Source of the DNA: Chrysomallon squamiferum | Lineage: Eukaryota > Animalia > Mollusca | Direction of reading: 5' to 3' | DNA: 64,000 bases | NCBI GenBank assembly: GCA_012295275.1 | Contig: CM022671.1 | Location: forward strand, 10,912,001 to 10,976,000 | Shown here: positions 41,747 through 56,181 of the stretch, piece by piece | Layout of the letters: each line of letters starts with the position of its first letter | How positions within the stretch are numbered: the first letter of the stretch is position 1 | Notes under the pieces: model-generated | Database searches by the model: none | What the model was told of the DNA's origin: nothing | Seen by the model: only the letters and a program-made list of their open reading frames with translations | Made by a program: the position numbers and the translations under genes

Positions 41747-44700
41747 TCAATCCAGAATTCTGTAAAATAAAGACTTTGTCTTAATACTACACATATACGT
41801 ACTCAGTTATGAAGCTGACTACAATCTATAGGAGGCACAAAATCTGCACTAAGATCATTTATATTTGCCGTTTTTTAAAATGCAGTTTCAATCTAAACGA
41901 ACACCTTTTCTTCAGTAAACCAAAAGTTAACTTTTCAGAATTTATCAAATATCTCTTTAAAATTATTGTTTCTGCAATTTCATTACCGGCTCAAAATAAA
42001 TAAAAATATTTACAAAACATTTAGACTTTTCCCAAAATACTCACTGTTTTAAGGTAAAGCATTTGTCTCCTAACACTCTCAACATAAATTCTCCCTGTGT
42101 ATTGGAAGTGAATGTTGAAGGTATGATGACATAATGGCCAGGATACAAACTGAACCGACCACTCACTTCCCTAAGATTTATACATGTTCCACTTCTTCCA
42201 CAATCGTTAATGGATTGGAAGTGTTTCAGACATAATCTCCTTGTTGGATCTTTTGTCTAAATTAAAACACAGAAATTTTGCAGTTATTAATTTCCCTAAT
42301 TCACAATTCTTGTAGTCCATGCTTTAAGAACTGTCTAAATATTATAATACTTTTAATTTTATATATCATTTTAATGCACTTCTGCTTTTGTATATAATTA
42401 ACTATTAAAAGCAGCAGCATATTTATTTTAAGTTTTCAGAAATCTTAAAGTGAATTCAATTTCAACTTAATAACTGAATTCAATCAGCAAACAATAGGCA
42501 ATATAACAGTTCTTGTATCTTTAAAACATGCCCAGATAACATTCAGCAGAATACAAAATGAATTTAGGAAAAAATGCACAAACCTCATACAAAACAAAAC
42601 AGATATGCAGCCAGTTACTGCTGTGATGTTGTCTTCGATGTCCTTGCATCAGAGCTATGACAACATTACACATTCCTTCACTCTCTGCATCATCAGTACT
42701 GGGATTAAAGTCATCTGCAACCCAACAGACCTTACTGTTTTAGAAGTCAATGTCATCTTAATAATAGCTATTTCTTGCTCTAGTTGAAACCATTACATGA
42801 TGAAAACAAAACTGATGAATTTAGCACTTGTATGGATACAACAACAAGTTCAGTAAAGACATTAACATTTTGTAATAACAGTAAAAATATGCAGAATATA
42901 TATTCAGTTTAATTTTTTTAAATAATTGTTATGCAAATAATACATGTTGTGAATGGTAATGTTATTTATTATTATAATTATTATAATAGAAATACCTGGC
43001 TCCAGCAATGTCAAAAGGTATTGAGGATTGGTTGAAAACAACTGTAAATCTTTCCTAGAACCTCCAGCATTTATCCCAGTTACCCATGATCCAGTGACAA
43101 CCTCCATGTGACAAGTCAAATCTGCAAAACAGGTGTATTTAATTTAACAGTTCATTTCATAGTTTTTATATGTCTACTACCATAGCTAATTTTTTTTTAA
43201 AAGTATTATTAAATATTTAAGGAAAAAAAGAAAAAATACTTGTGCACATTTATTAAGAATTAAGTTATAATTATTCTTAATATGGATTTTCATATTTGCT
43301 CTGTAATAAATTCTAGGTCTGTTTTAAGATATAAAGACAATTATATTGCCAACATAATTGTTTCAGGATCAGTGTACTTCATCATATAGTTGAATTCAGC
43401 TGTGTAAGTGAGACAAACTTTTTAATACTCAGATTTTAACTTCTTCAAGTACTAAAATCAAATTTTGGTTTACAAGTTTTTGTTTTGGAATAAATCTAAA
43501 TATTGTTTGTGCAAAAAAAAGATAAAATAAGCATGATCTTGTATTAGCCTTACTCAAGAGATTTTCCTGATCATAACTTGGATTCATCAAACATAATGTA
43601 ATTTCTTCAAAGTGATGACAGAAGTCTTTGAATGCCATCCAAAACTCCCCATCATCACACACTGCTATTTGCAGTTGTTGTTTTGTTTCTTCATCCACCC
43701 TTTTCCAGTTTTCATCACTGAAAAACAAAGCAACAAAAGTCTCATCAGTCATTAGATTACAGAAAAAAGGTCCATCTGAATGGAAAAAATATTTTGATTA
43801 TATTCAGTCAGATATGTAAATAAACAGCTAATTTACATGTCATGACTTTGACTGAAGCAGTTTTCATACCTATATTTTATTTTGAAGTAAAAAGCTATTT
43901 AATTTGTAAAGGTTTGTTAAACCATTGAAAATAAAGTACTGAACAACAACTCACTCATCAGACCAAGCTCCTTTCCATTCTATAGCATCTCCCCATGGAT
44001 TCCTTATTCTTATCAACTTTGCTTCTCCCATTTCATGAACATGAATCTAGAACAAAACAGTTGAAACTATTTAATATTCTTCAAGTTTTCACATACACAG
44101 AACTTTGATAAAAATATAATTTCTTCTTTTTTCTTTCTAATCACAGTAATTCCTTTAAGAGATAGTTCTTTATATTTTTTAAATTAATTTATCCCATTTG
44201 TCAACTTTAAATATGTCTGTTACAGCACAGTGATTTTCACTTCCCCTATTCTGAATGTGACTGCTTTAGAATCACTGGTATATACATTTTGTTTTGTTAC
44301 TGTGGTAATGTAGATGATAGCTAGGTATTTTACTGGACCAATGAAAACATGTTATGATAATCCAGAAATTCTGTAGTATGGAAAATAAACTGAAAAAGTA
44401 GACAATTAAAAAAAAAATGAAACCTTTCTGACATCAGTAACAGTATAAGCATGACCTGACACCAAACCATTATCACCTGTCTCACCACTTCTCCAGTTAC
44501 CCTACAAATAAATTAACAAACTTTAAATTGTTATTATTTATTAAATATATATCTTAATTTATTTAATCATTAATAGATTTACCAAAACTAAAATGAAGAA
44601 AGAAACTAGTCTTAAACAGCTCATAGATTGAACATGGTGTAAAAAATGATTTATTATAATTGTTAAAAAAAAAGAAAAATGTATTGTACCCTCTTGGAAC

Positions 44701-47700
44701 ATGTAATAATGGCACCAGAACTGTGAGATCTGCTGATAAGGTGGAACTGATTTGCATTAAGATTATATCGCTCAGTGAACCCGCCTGTCAAATCCACCAA
44801 AGCATCCATTGTTTGGCCACCTTCTAAATTTTGATACGAACCATGGATCCTGATTATTAAAAACAGAAAAGTTTTACTCAAAATATACATTTTTATTAGC
44901 CAGTTGTTAACTACTAATGAGTTAAAAAGATGAAAGTAAGAAATAATCTTCAAGTATTTTTTTAATGTAAACTTGAAATCTTTATGTATGAAGATAGCAA
45001 ACCATAATTAAATGCATTTGTCTATATGTCATTCCATGTCTAAGAATATGAAATATAACATTATCAGTTACAGTGTATTATGAATTGAATTAAATATGCA
45101 TAGTTTTAGCTGGAGCTATCTTCAAGAATAAAATAGTTTGATTTTACGTATCAGTAAAACATAACTAAACACAGCTTTCATGTCAAAGAAATTATTCATA
45201 TAAAGTACCTAACTGCCATTTGCTTGAACAATTATTACCTAAACTATTAACTTTAAGTAAACTACTAAGTGGACATACTTTGCATATGCCTTTTCTATCA
45301 ATGCTACCCAAAATTCTTTTGGGTCTGTACAGTATGCATATATCAGTTTTCGTTCAGTGGTAGGTAATCTGTCATCAATAAAGATGTCAACGTATTTTCC
45401 AAATCTCCAAAAAGAAAACCATACAATGCCTTTGTACTGTGGTCCACACAACACCTGGCCTGGAGGGATAACCTGGAATTATTTCAATACACAGAATAAA
45501 GAGATGCTTAAGAAAATGAAGGCTCAGACAAATATTTTACTGCTAATCAAACAATGTTTTCATGTTTATTTTATTATTTTAAAATATTTCCAAAAACAAA
45601 TTTCTTTTCACTTTAAAATTTGGAAATTGTTTACCAATACATTATCCATAACAACAAAATCAAGCTAAAAAAAACTCATAATTAAAGCATGCATCCTGGC
45701 AATTGCCACAAAGATGGCCTTGAACAGATATCATCAAATATGAAAAAGCCCAAAATCTGCTGTTCTTGCTTTGTCAGAATTTAATACTGTAAAAACAATC
45801 ATAACTATTATGTGTCAAATTAAATACAACATAACAATACTTCAAAGTGCATATTAAAAATTCTAAAAAGAAAATTAATAAAATAAAATTTTGTTTAACC
45901 TTTTTGATAAATTTTTCTTTGAGAGACACTGCTGCACATGATGAAAGAAACCAGCAGTCAGCAAGCTGACCTTGTCTGATGTCATCTTTAGTCAAACCAT
46001 CAACCATCATCTGCGGTTCACCTTCCTTCAGAATATCCTACACAAAAAAAAAAACGATAACCAGTAGACATACAGCAGGGATGGAAAATAATACATTGAT
46101 ATCAGTTTGTGATTCTGGATGGTTATTATAAAATTGACTGTATCACTGTACTGAACATTTTCTTTGCAAACTGAAAAAAAATATCTTTATTTAATTGTGA
46201 AATGGATGTATTTTGTGTATGTGTATGCTTTAACACACACAGACACACATGCACACACAAAAAAACCTACAAATACGTAACAAGATCTATTAAAATAGTT
46301 AAGTGATTAAAACCATACCTTTGGTCTTAGCCATGTCACCTGACGGGAAGCATCTTTCAATATTCTGCTGTCTGCAGGGAAGTCAGGGTCACAGAAAAGT
46401 TCTCCAGGACCAAGCTTGGCCAAGAGTTCATTGACCTCTTCCTTGCTCTAATATGAAAAACATTTGTTTATAAAGTTCTGATAAAACTTCATTATTGTTT
46501 ATCTTACAATGATCAATGTTGGGTTCTCTATACAAAATAGAAAACTTTGATATCAATGGTTTCAAGGTCTAACTTAAGAAAGGGCTTGTCATCAGGTTTC
46601 TCTCTGATGTACATTAACTAGGTATGTGACAAACAATATAGGCATTCTGCTGCAGAAGGTCACCCAATTCTTGTGATGCATTTTTGCATTTTTAAATAGG
46701 GTTTGCTCATTCGCATTTCCTTTTCATTATTATTTTTACATATTTTCAAAAAATATCATAAGAGAGTATACATATTCAGCTCCATCACAGTATTCATTTT
46801 TTTAACGTCATCTTTGATAAACAATGGAGAATCAGTTGAAAAATTTACTGTTTCAATTACAAAAATGTATTTCTCTCATACTCTGCCAATTTCATACAAA
46901 TAATTAGTTTTGGATACCAAAATATGTGTTTGTGTTTTCAGCAAATGACACAGCCACAGCTGATGTCTTACACGTTCGATGTTTCATTTATTTTATTAAG
47001 TAACTGAGTATTTATGTGACATAATGCTTGTGGTATGATGCTTCTAAACCTATCAAAAATTCTACTTTCAGATATAATTTACGCACATTAGTTTGATTTT
47101 TGTGAAACATTAGATCTCTATAATGAAGACATAAGCCTAGGCAAATTAACACTAATTAATGCTATTAATTAACTGTAAAAAATTAATTTTAGCAAAATGC
47201 TTAAATATGTAAAGGCCCCTAGAGTCTTGAAAAATGGGGTTTTTATATAAAATACTATAATACATGTATATTGGATTAAAACTATGCTCAAGATATTCAG
47301 TGTTTATCATTGTTGCAAAATGATAAAAACGATATAGTTTCTCCATACGGTATGATGGAAAAATACCTTAAAATTTCATTCCAATAAAAATTCATAACTT
47401 TTTCTCATCAGCGCTATCAAAGCGACCATAGTGTCATTTTAATGTGACTTATTTGCTCTTTCAAATGATATGTAAGTATTTCAGAAAATAATATTTTTTA
47501 ATATTTTGTCAATACTGATTATTTGTGTGTAAATATATATAATTTTTATTTTTTATTTTTTTTTAGACTGTAAAAACTGTTGCAAATATCATAATTTGTA
47601 CAAGTATATTGTTGCATTTTCGAAGTGTTTCTACTGAGATAACATGACAGGGGATAATTATTAAAATAAGATTATCGGTGAATTAACCTGCTAAATAATA

Positions 47701-48024
47701 ATTAACTTAAAACATTTCTTTGTGATTTTTTTGCAAAGTTGGATGGTTGATAATTTCACTATTTGATAAATGAACACTTACGGTTGATCTAAAATGTTGA
47801 CCTTTATTCTCAGTTCCATTTAATTTATAACTTTCATATACAGCTTTATGTAATCGACTTTGTCGAATGCCACCTCTGTTTGTAACACTGTGACTGTCGT
47901 ACTCACAGACATTTTTGCCAGCGTTTTGACCATCACTATTTGAAATTATTTTAACTTTTACTTTACTTAAATTATTGTCATTCACTTCAGAGGACAAAAT
48001 GACAGTACTACACACAGTTCCCAT
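41747..48024 (-). CDS. Non-classical calpain (CysPc + domain III/CBSW, no penta-EF-hand), ~559 aa, 12 exons
   Basis: Exons 47782-48024, 46319-46447, 45900-46037, 45279-45472, 44690-44849, 44424-44501, 43955-44046, 43554-43717, 42996-43121, 42584-42714, 42045-42256, 41747-41759; frame is open. Motifs: [21 protein letters not shown] (catalytic C), [21 protein letters not shown] (H), RNPWG (N), [22 protein letters not shown] (minus) at ~41688-41693. Confidence 0.92.
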
Positions 48025-48300
48025 AATCAAGTATGTAAAGCATTTTGCAACTATTTAAAATAATAAATCTGAAACCATTAACATTTCATCTTGACTATTT
48101 TGATTGTTTACATGTTATCAGCAGAGCAGGTTGCCAAAGCTAGTTTTTTCCGGATGTAGTAATTACCGAAAACAACCGATAACAATACTCAAAATCGGAC
48201 AAAATCAACAATGTCTGTGTCATATCAAAATTACATATTACACCTTTTACACTGCAAATGTTGTCATTTTCAATATCCATTCAAACTAACAAAGCAAATA

Positions 48301-48345
<45 letters not shown>

Positions 48346-48727
48346 TAATAATAATTTTAAGAATAATAATAATAATAAAATATAAATACTCAAATGAAAT
48401 TGGAATTCTATTATTTGTTGTTGTTTTGTTTATTTTCGGTAATTAATTATAAAGACGGTTTTATTAAGGACAATTTGTTGGGCATGGATTTATTGCTTTT
48501 ATTCCAAACAGGTATTCGAAATACTCCCATTTTATCTTTATTAGTGAATATTTAATTACTTAGACATACATCACAGGGTCGGTTCCATGGGCACTGGCGC
48601 CTAATGATCTGTTTGATTTCCCAGTGTCACAGTGTGTTTCGCATACTCCTTATTAATTTTGCATACAAACATGTATCATTTGCAAATCGTAACTTCCAAC
48701 TACATCATAATTTACATTCATAATATA

Positions 48728-48763
<36 letters not shown>

Positions 48764-49039
48764 TCTTTCATTGTAACGGGCTTGAGCACTCTATAAATAA
48801 CAAGCTTTTGTAATGGCGAGATTTCTTTCTTTTTTTACATGCTAGAAGTTTGGATTTATTCATTTGTCTTCGCTGAATATTATGCAATTTAAGAAAAACT
48901 TCAACTTAGTTTGCTTTAGAGTTATGTCCCTTTGCGATCTCTTATGTTAACTACCCGATGAAGTATTATATTTACGTTTAGTATTACTATTAGTCCTGAA
49001 TTATCTTCTTCTTTTTTTTTTTTTTTTTTAATTTTAAAA
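48025..49039. promoter_or_regulatory. Probable shared divergent promoter region of calpain and BAP1
   Basis: Start codons are head-to-head, 1.0 kb apart, and the spacer retains CpG. Confidence 0.5.
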
Positions 49040-52000
49040 ATGAACAAAGGCTGGTTGGAGCTAGAAAGTGACCCAGGTATTTGGTTATTAATTTTATCCT
49101 GATTTAGCAAACGTATTAAAATCAGTTAGTACATTATTAATTTAAAAAATTATTTTCTATGTTTATATAGAATAAATCTTTGCATAGTCACGGTAGTGAT
49201 GGTAGTGCTTAATTGGAATTTGTGTCCTTTGCTGTTAGCAGTGTAGTGAGATCGCTGTCAAGAAGTATTACTAAACATAAAATAATATTAAAATAATCCC
49301 CCAAAATGATATATTTTTGTTGTTTCTTAATCACTTGTTAAATTACAATCGCCAGTGCAATACTAATAAGTAATATCATTTCAGACTGAATCAGTGAATG
49401 ACTATTTTAGTATTTAACTAATTTATTTAGATTTCATTTTGTTTAATTTTATTTATTTATTTAAAATTATTATTTTAATCATACATTGGGAACATTTCTT
49501 GTTATGATATGGTTTTGATAGTTAACAATCACAAAGAGTAGAAGGGCTGGATCATGTTCTGCTGATGCTCTAACACTCTTTTTATGGCCAAGCTGTTTTT
49601 TTTTTATTATTATTATTTGGTAGTAATAACCATTTTTGGATTTGTATAATGTTGTAAATACATGCTTATACGTAATATTAATATTGATATAGTATTAGTT
49701 GGATCATAAACTATGAAGTGTATGCATGTGGTTATTTTGCATAACTGTTAATCCAAGGTTGACAGTTTGTACAATGATCTATAACAAATTAGCAGTGAAA
49801 AAAGATGTATAATATTATGTTTCTATGAATATTTCTGAATGTATTCATGTTTCAGAATCCTATTATTAAGTCCTAATTTTTATTTGTTTTTCAAATACAG
49901 CTGAGGTGAAATATTATTGTAATAAGTAATTTACCGTGGAGTAACTGTGAAAATATTAATGCACTGTTCATGTAGTTTAAAGTGTTTACAGTACTAAATA
50001 AATAAATGTTTTATTCTTTTTTCTTTTAACAGGCTTGTTTACTTTACTTGTGGAGGATTTTGGTAAGACATTTGAATTTTTTTTCTTTATCCAAAGTACA
50101 AATTAAAATTTACTTTGATATTATATGATCTAAATTTTAATTATTATTATTAAACATCTTAATTATGTTAATATTAAAAATATCTGACAGATATTTCATT
50201 TTAGTTTTTATTAAGATCATAGACAGACAGAGAACTATCATTTTGTTTTCTTCCTTTAGACTGATTTTTTTATATTTATTTTTATTTTGTTCCAACAGCT
50301 GGTTTGTGAAGTTTGTTTTATTTCATATATGATCTATTTGAATGACTGGGCTATTGTATTTATTTATTTATTTATTTATAACACAGGTGTCAACAGCATA
50401 CAGGTTGAAGAGATTTATGATCTGCAGAAACCAATAGAAGGGTTTGTAAATATTCGCTTAGTAATTTCTATATAGTAGTACACAGTGAACAGATTTGTCT
50501 TCACCGTTAAATATAATCAGTTTTATTTTAGTTTTTTAATTTATTTTTTATTAATTTCTTTATGCATTAAAGGCTATTTCAGTGAATTTTTTATTTAAAA
50601 ATAAACAAATGTGTTTTAATATTACACACTGTCTTTATAAACTGATAATCTGAATATGTATAATTGATTTTAAAAACATGATGACAGACATAATATGAAC
50701 CTTACTAGTCAAATGTATTTATTGATTTATTTTTGTTTAGGTATGATCTGCAGTATCACTTTCTGAGAACAGTCAAAAACTTTTTCATGTTTTGTTATTT
50801 TCAGAACTGTCTATGGCTTCATATTTTTATTTCGATGGATTGAAGAACGGCGTTCTAGAAGGAAAACAAGCACAGAGGATGAGTCTTTTGTGATGGATGA
50901 AAACATTGTCAATAGCATTTTTTTTGCAAAACAGGTGTGGAATATATTTGTAATACTATAAAATAAAATCATTATCTGCTTCAGCAGATATTAATAGAAA
51001 TGTAATTGATATGTTAATGTTTTTTCTAACAAAGTAACGTATCCTTTATTAATTGAATTTTCTTTATCTTTTTATTAAAAAAAACAATAACAAAAAGAAA
51101 AATAATATAAAAATATATTAAAATATGTAGACATAGTACAGCTAGAAGGTTACTTGATACTGACTGAAAAATGTTTTGTGTGGCATTCTGCAGGCTGCTT
51201 TCCTCTCACATATCTGTATTGTCAGTCTTTGGACACAGGTGTGTGTGTGCATGTTGAAAAATATAACATTTCCTTTATATTAATTCCTGACAGAATAATT
51301 TTAATAAAATTTGATGACTAATTGACTGAATTACATGATGTTAAATGATTGCTGATAGTAACTTTGTATATTTGTGAATGGTGAAGATTATTCCAAACTC
51401 GTGTGCCACTCACGCCCTTCTCAGTGTGCTGCTGAATTCCGAGAAAGTCCGACTGGGAGAGACGTTACAGAAGTTCAAGTCATTCACACAGAACATGAGT
51501 CCAGAGGTGACATTTAGTGATTCAGATCTAAAAAATAAATCATCATTTTAACTAAATTGTTAACTGAATTATGTTTCATTTTATAGTTTAATTACTGAAA
51601 AGCAAACTGAATTAATAAGTTTCATACACAGGTAAGCATTTGGAAATATTTAAAACAACAACATTATATTTAATTTAGAATATAATTCCATTAAAAGTTC
51701 ATTAGGATTTTAATTTATACCCTGATTGTTATCAGTGTAAAGTTTCATCTTTAGATTTTAATTGATTTTTATATGCTACAAAGATAATTTATGTTTCAAG
51801 CTGGTATAATAATTTTGTTAACATGGATTTTTCTTATGTTATAATTTTACCAATCATTATTTACAGGACAAAGGCTTTGCCATTGGAAACATGGCTGAAT
51901 TAGCAAGTGCTCACAACAGTCATGCAAGGTAACGAATGATAACCAGTTTGTTTACATTTTAAAATTAACTTATTTAGTTATAACTACAGTTATTTAGAAT

Positions 52001-55000
52001 GAGATAATATATTTACTAACTATAGTTATACTTATATATGAATTTTAAATATATGAAACATTATTTTATTACTCTTTTGTTTTGATTTATGTATTTATTT
52101 ACTGTTTCCTTTCAGAGCTATTATTGTTCAGTATTGTAGTGGCCTTACATATTCAGATTTGGCACATTGCACATTGTTATGCCCTCATAACTTAAGCTCA
52201 GTCTTAAGATTAATGAGCCATATTTTGCATCAGCTGTATGTCTGTCTGGTAGGATGCTTTAAATTAGTTTTAATTCTGTTTTATTTTTATGTAAAATGTT
52301 ATTATTATTTTTTAAACAGATTTATTAATTACAAAAAATTATATATGTATTTTTGTTTAATTTAATTTTTGTTTGAAAATCCAAATTGCTCATGGTACTG
52401 GTAAATATTTCAATACGTACAAAAACAAACTGTTCCTAAAATTACTTAAAGGTATACATTTTTATGTTAAATACACAATGTATTTCAGGCCTGAACCCAA
52501 ACACTTACCAGAGAAACAACCCACTTTGTCAACAGTGCGCACCATGGAGGCCTTCCATTTTGTCAGCTATGTTCCCATACATGGTAGATTATTTGAACTG
52601 GATGGCTTGAAACCATATCCAATAGACCATGGTAAACATTACATTAATCTTTTACTAATTAAAATATAAAGAAATGTCTCAAAATATGATAACCAAAGTG
52701 ATGAATATTCTTATGGGCATAGCTAAGCACACATATAACATTGAATAAATAAATGTTACATATTTTATGCATTAAAGCAGTAGCAGATTCAAGTAAAATA
52801 GGTATTAATGTATGGGTTTTGTTATGTTCAAGTCATTTATTTGAAAGATTGAGTTTAAAACTAAAATTAGATGTTATTTAAACTTGATTTCTCACCCAGG
52901 TCCTTGTGAGTCCAGTCAGATGTGGACTGAGAAATTTCGATCTGTGATATCAGACAGACTTGGCATGGCAACAGGAGGGTGAGTCTAGGTTCATATTAGA
53001 TACAGATGTCTGCAGGCATTCTTCATGTCAAAACTACATTAAAAACATGGTCAGTAAAGTAGTATGTTAATATAGAACATCTACAAAATAGAAACCAAGG
53101 TTTACGTTTTAAATGTGATACATGATTTAATAGTGATTAACATCAAGCAGTCAACATTTCAGAATCATTATTACCATGAATTTCTTTTGTGGCACCAGCC
53201 AAAACAAACAGTAAGTTACCAGGCAGTTTGTTTTCACACAAATAGACTATCAGTCAAAAACAGATGAAAAGCACAGCCTTTTCTTTAAACACATACGAGT
53301 AAAGAAAAATGATCAGCACTTTAAAAAATTTTGATTGGGGGGTTCAACTTGTTAATATAATTTATGGATTAATTTAGTTAGAATTTAGTTTTATTTATTG
53401 GTATAAGATGATTATTTTTTTTAAATGGAGGTACTTTCTCATTCATTTACTAATGTGAAATGTGAAGATTTATTTTTTTAAATTCTTCAGTGAACCCTAT
53501 CATGACATTCGCTTCAATCTGATGGCTGTTGTTCCATGTAAGAGACAGTTGTACGAACACAAGTTACAGACACTGAAAAAAAACAGACAAATAGTGCTTG
53601 AAGCTTTGCAGCAGGTCTGTATAGTAGTTCTGTTAATATACATTTTAAAAAACATTCTTTTGTAAGTGTTTATTTTTTTTATGTTTCCAGTATTTCATAA
53701 AAGGATAGACATTTATTCTTCAGTAATGATTATTACTTGTTTGATTATTTTTTTTATACAGACCAGACAGGATTATCTTAGTTTGATGATCATGTGGTGC
53801 AGGGATATTTCTCCATTCATTTGAGACTTACAGCTTTTGAAAAGTTAACACAGAACTGGTCCCACTGTCTGTTTTATCTGTCGAAACAATCAGTCTTTGT
53901 TTTCTTCTTTTTTCTTGAACAAACATGAATGTGATGATTTTATTCTTGTTAAATATAGTTTGCTTATACCCTGTTTTATATTTTATCAGAAAAAGTACAG
54001 GAATAGTTATTTAGTATTAGAACTAGTTTAGTAAGTTATTTATAATAGAACTATCACGGTTATACTCAAAAATACATTATACAACCATCTTTGCAATCAA
54101 AAATAGATATATTTAATTGTTTCTTTCAGTCTTATTCGTAGACATATTTAATTCTTAATTTATGTATTAAATTTATGCTAACAGTGACACTGGATTAAAC
54201 TGCTTTTTAAAAAAACAAAAATAATAATAATGATAAAATAATACATTCAGTACTAAAATTTGGAAGAATCTCATAATACAACTGGGAAATTTTTTTATTA
54301 TTTTTGTTGTTATTTTTTGGTCAAATACTCACATAGTGAAATAGCTTATTTTCTCCATCTTTTCCTTTCAAGCTGCTGGATTCCAAGGTAAATTTACCGA
54401 TATATTTAATTTATAAACATTTGCTGCAATATCTTGTTTTGCCATTGCTTTTAGCCAATGTCACAGTCAATATTAATGTTATTGTTGTTGCATATTGTGT
54501 AATAACTAGTGGAACTTTTGGAGAAAACTAAAATGTAATGTGTATTGCAAAGAAAAAATTGATATACTGTTATGTTTAGTGTGATATATGTTTAAATATT
54601 AACTAGAATGCCTAGTATCATGTGCATTGTTATTAATTTGTATCATGAAGATGCTTTGCAGGCATTTCTTCACTGTTGAAAGGTGTAGTGTTGTTGTTTT
54701 CTGATAACATGAATTCCTAATAAAATTAGAAAACATATTTCAACAGTGTTTCATTGAAAAGGAAGCATAGATCCTGCTTATAATGCCAAGACTGGGGTCT
54801 GTAGGATTGGGTGTATTTTCACAATTAAGAACATTTTATTGTTTACTGGACAAACAGCATTCTGCTTCATGCCAAATGGTCACTTAAAAAGTTCATGGCT
54901 TTTCACTGGGGCCTTTCCATCTCACTGATACTGCTACTAATGTGTCGTTCAGTACATCTAGATGTCATCCACATTTTATTATTTTTGTAATTATAATAAG

Positions 55001-56128
55001 TATTTCATATTATTACATCAATGAGCATATGAATCAGAATATTTCTTAACTGTAGATGTTTTTTATTATATTAAATTTATTCTTTTTACAAAGCCCCCTG
55101 AGGTTTTAGCTGAAACGCACTCTGTGATGAACTTTGCATATTGAATAATTATATAGAGTAAATTAGTGTACGGTTGAAGATATTTACAGTCCACTGTCTG
55201 TTTGTTTTGATTGAACCAAGATGAAACAATAGTCTGAAATGTGCATATAATTATATCAGCCATGCCTAAATAGAAAGTTTCCCCATACAACTTTTTCAGA
55301 TGTTTAATAACTTCAGTTTACAGTAAATGAAGTTAACAGTATGAAATCAACTCTGCATTTATTGAAATTGTTAGTAGATTGATGGAAATACATGGTTAAA
55401 AAAGTTCATGCCAGTACATTTTGCCTGAATGATAAAACTTTATTAACATAAGCGTGATAACATCATAGCATTTGAAATAGTAAATTTATGTTTCATTTGT
55501 AAGTGAAGTTTTTTAATCAATATTTTACTGAAAGCTTTAATTAGTTTAACAGTTGAAATTGTATCACATTCATAAATATTGTAAACTTATGTAAAAATTA
55601 AGATAAAAATGGAATGAATGTTTTTGTTCCTGTCTTGTGAATCTTGTTTCATTTTATTTTGAATAAAGCTTTCAGGCTTTTACATTTTAAGTACGTTAAA
55701 AGCTTGCATTCTCGTTATACACGTGTTTAGTTTATTTATTTTTGATTATTATTTTTTATTTTAATGCTTATTTTATTTTTTTATTTTTTTTATTTTGTTT
55801 TATACTTCTTTGATTTAAAATATTTTTGAACTTACATTTAAATGTGTTTTAGTTTACTATGGTAACAGTAGATCTGATCTGTTTAGTGAAATTATTAACT
55901 TCATGTTGTTTATCTGAGATTAGTGAAATTATATTTTTTGAATCACCAGAAATTTCATATCTTGGTTACATTGAAATGAAACTGCTGTTGGATATTTTAT
56001 TTATTTATTTATTTATTTATTTATTTTATGAATGCTCAAAATAAAATTATTTAAAAAAAAGAAAGAAAGATATATGTTATTGTTGATAATTATTATTGTT
56101 ACTATTGTTGTTGTTGTTGTGATATTTG

Positions 56129-56181
<53 letters not shown>

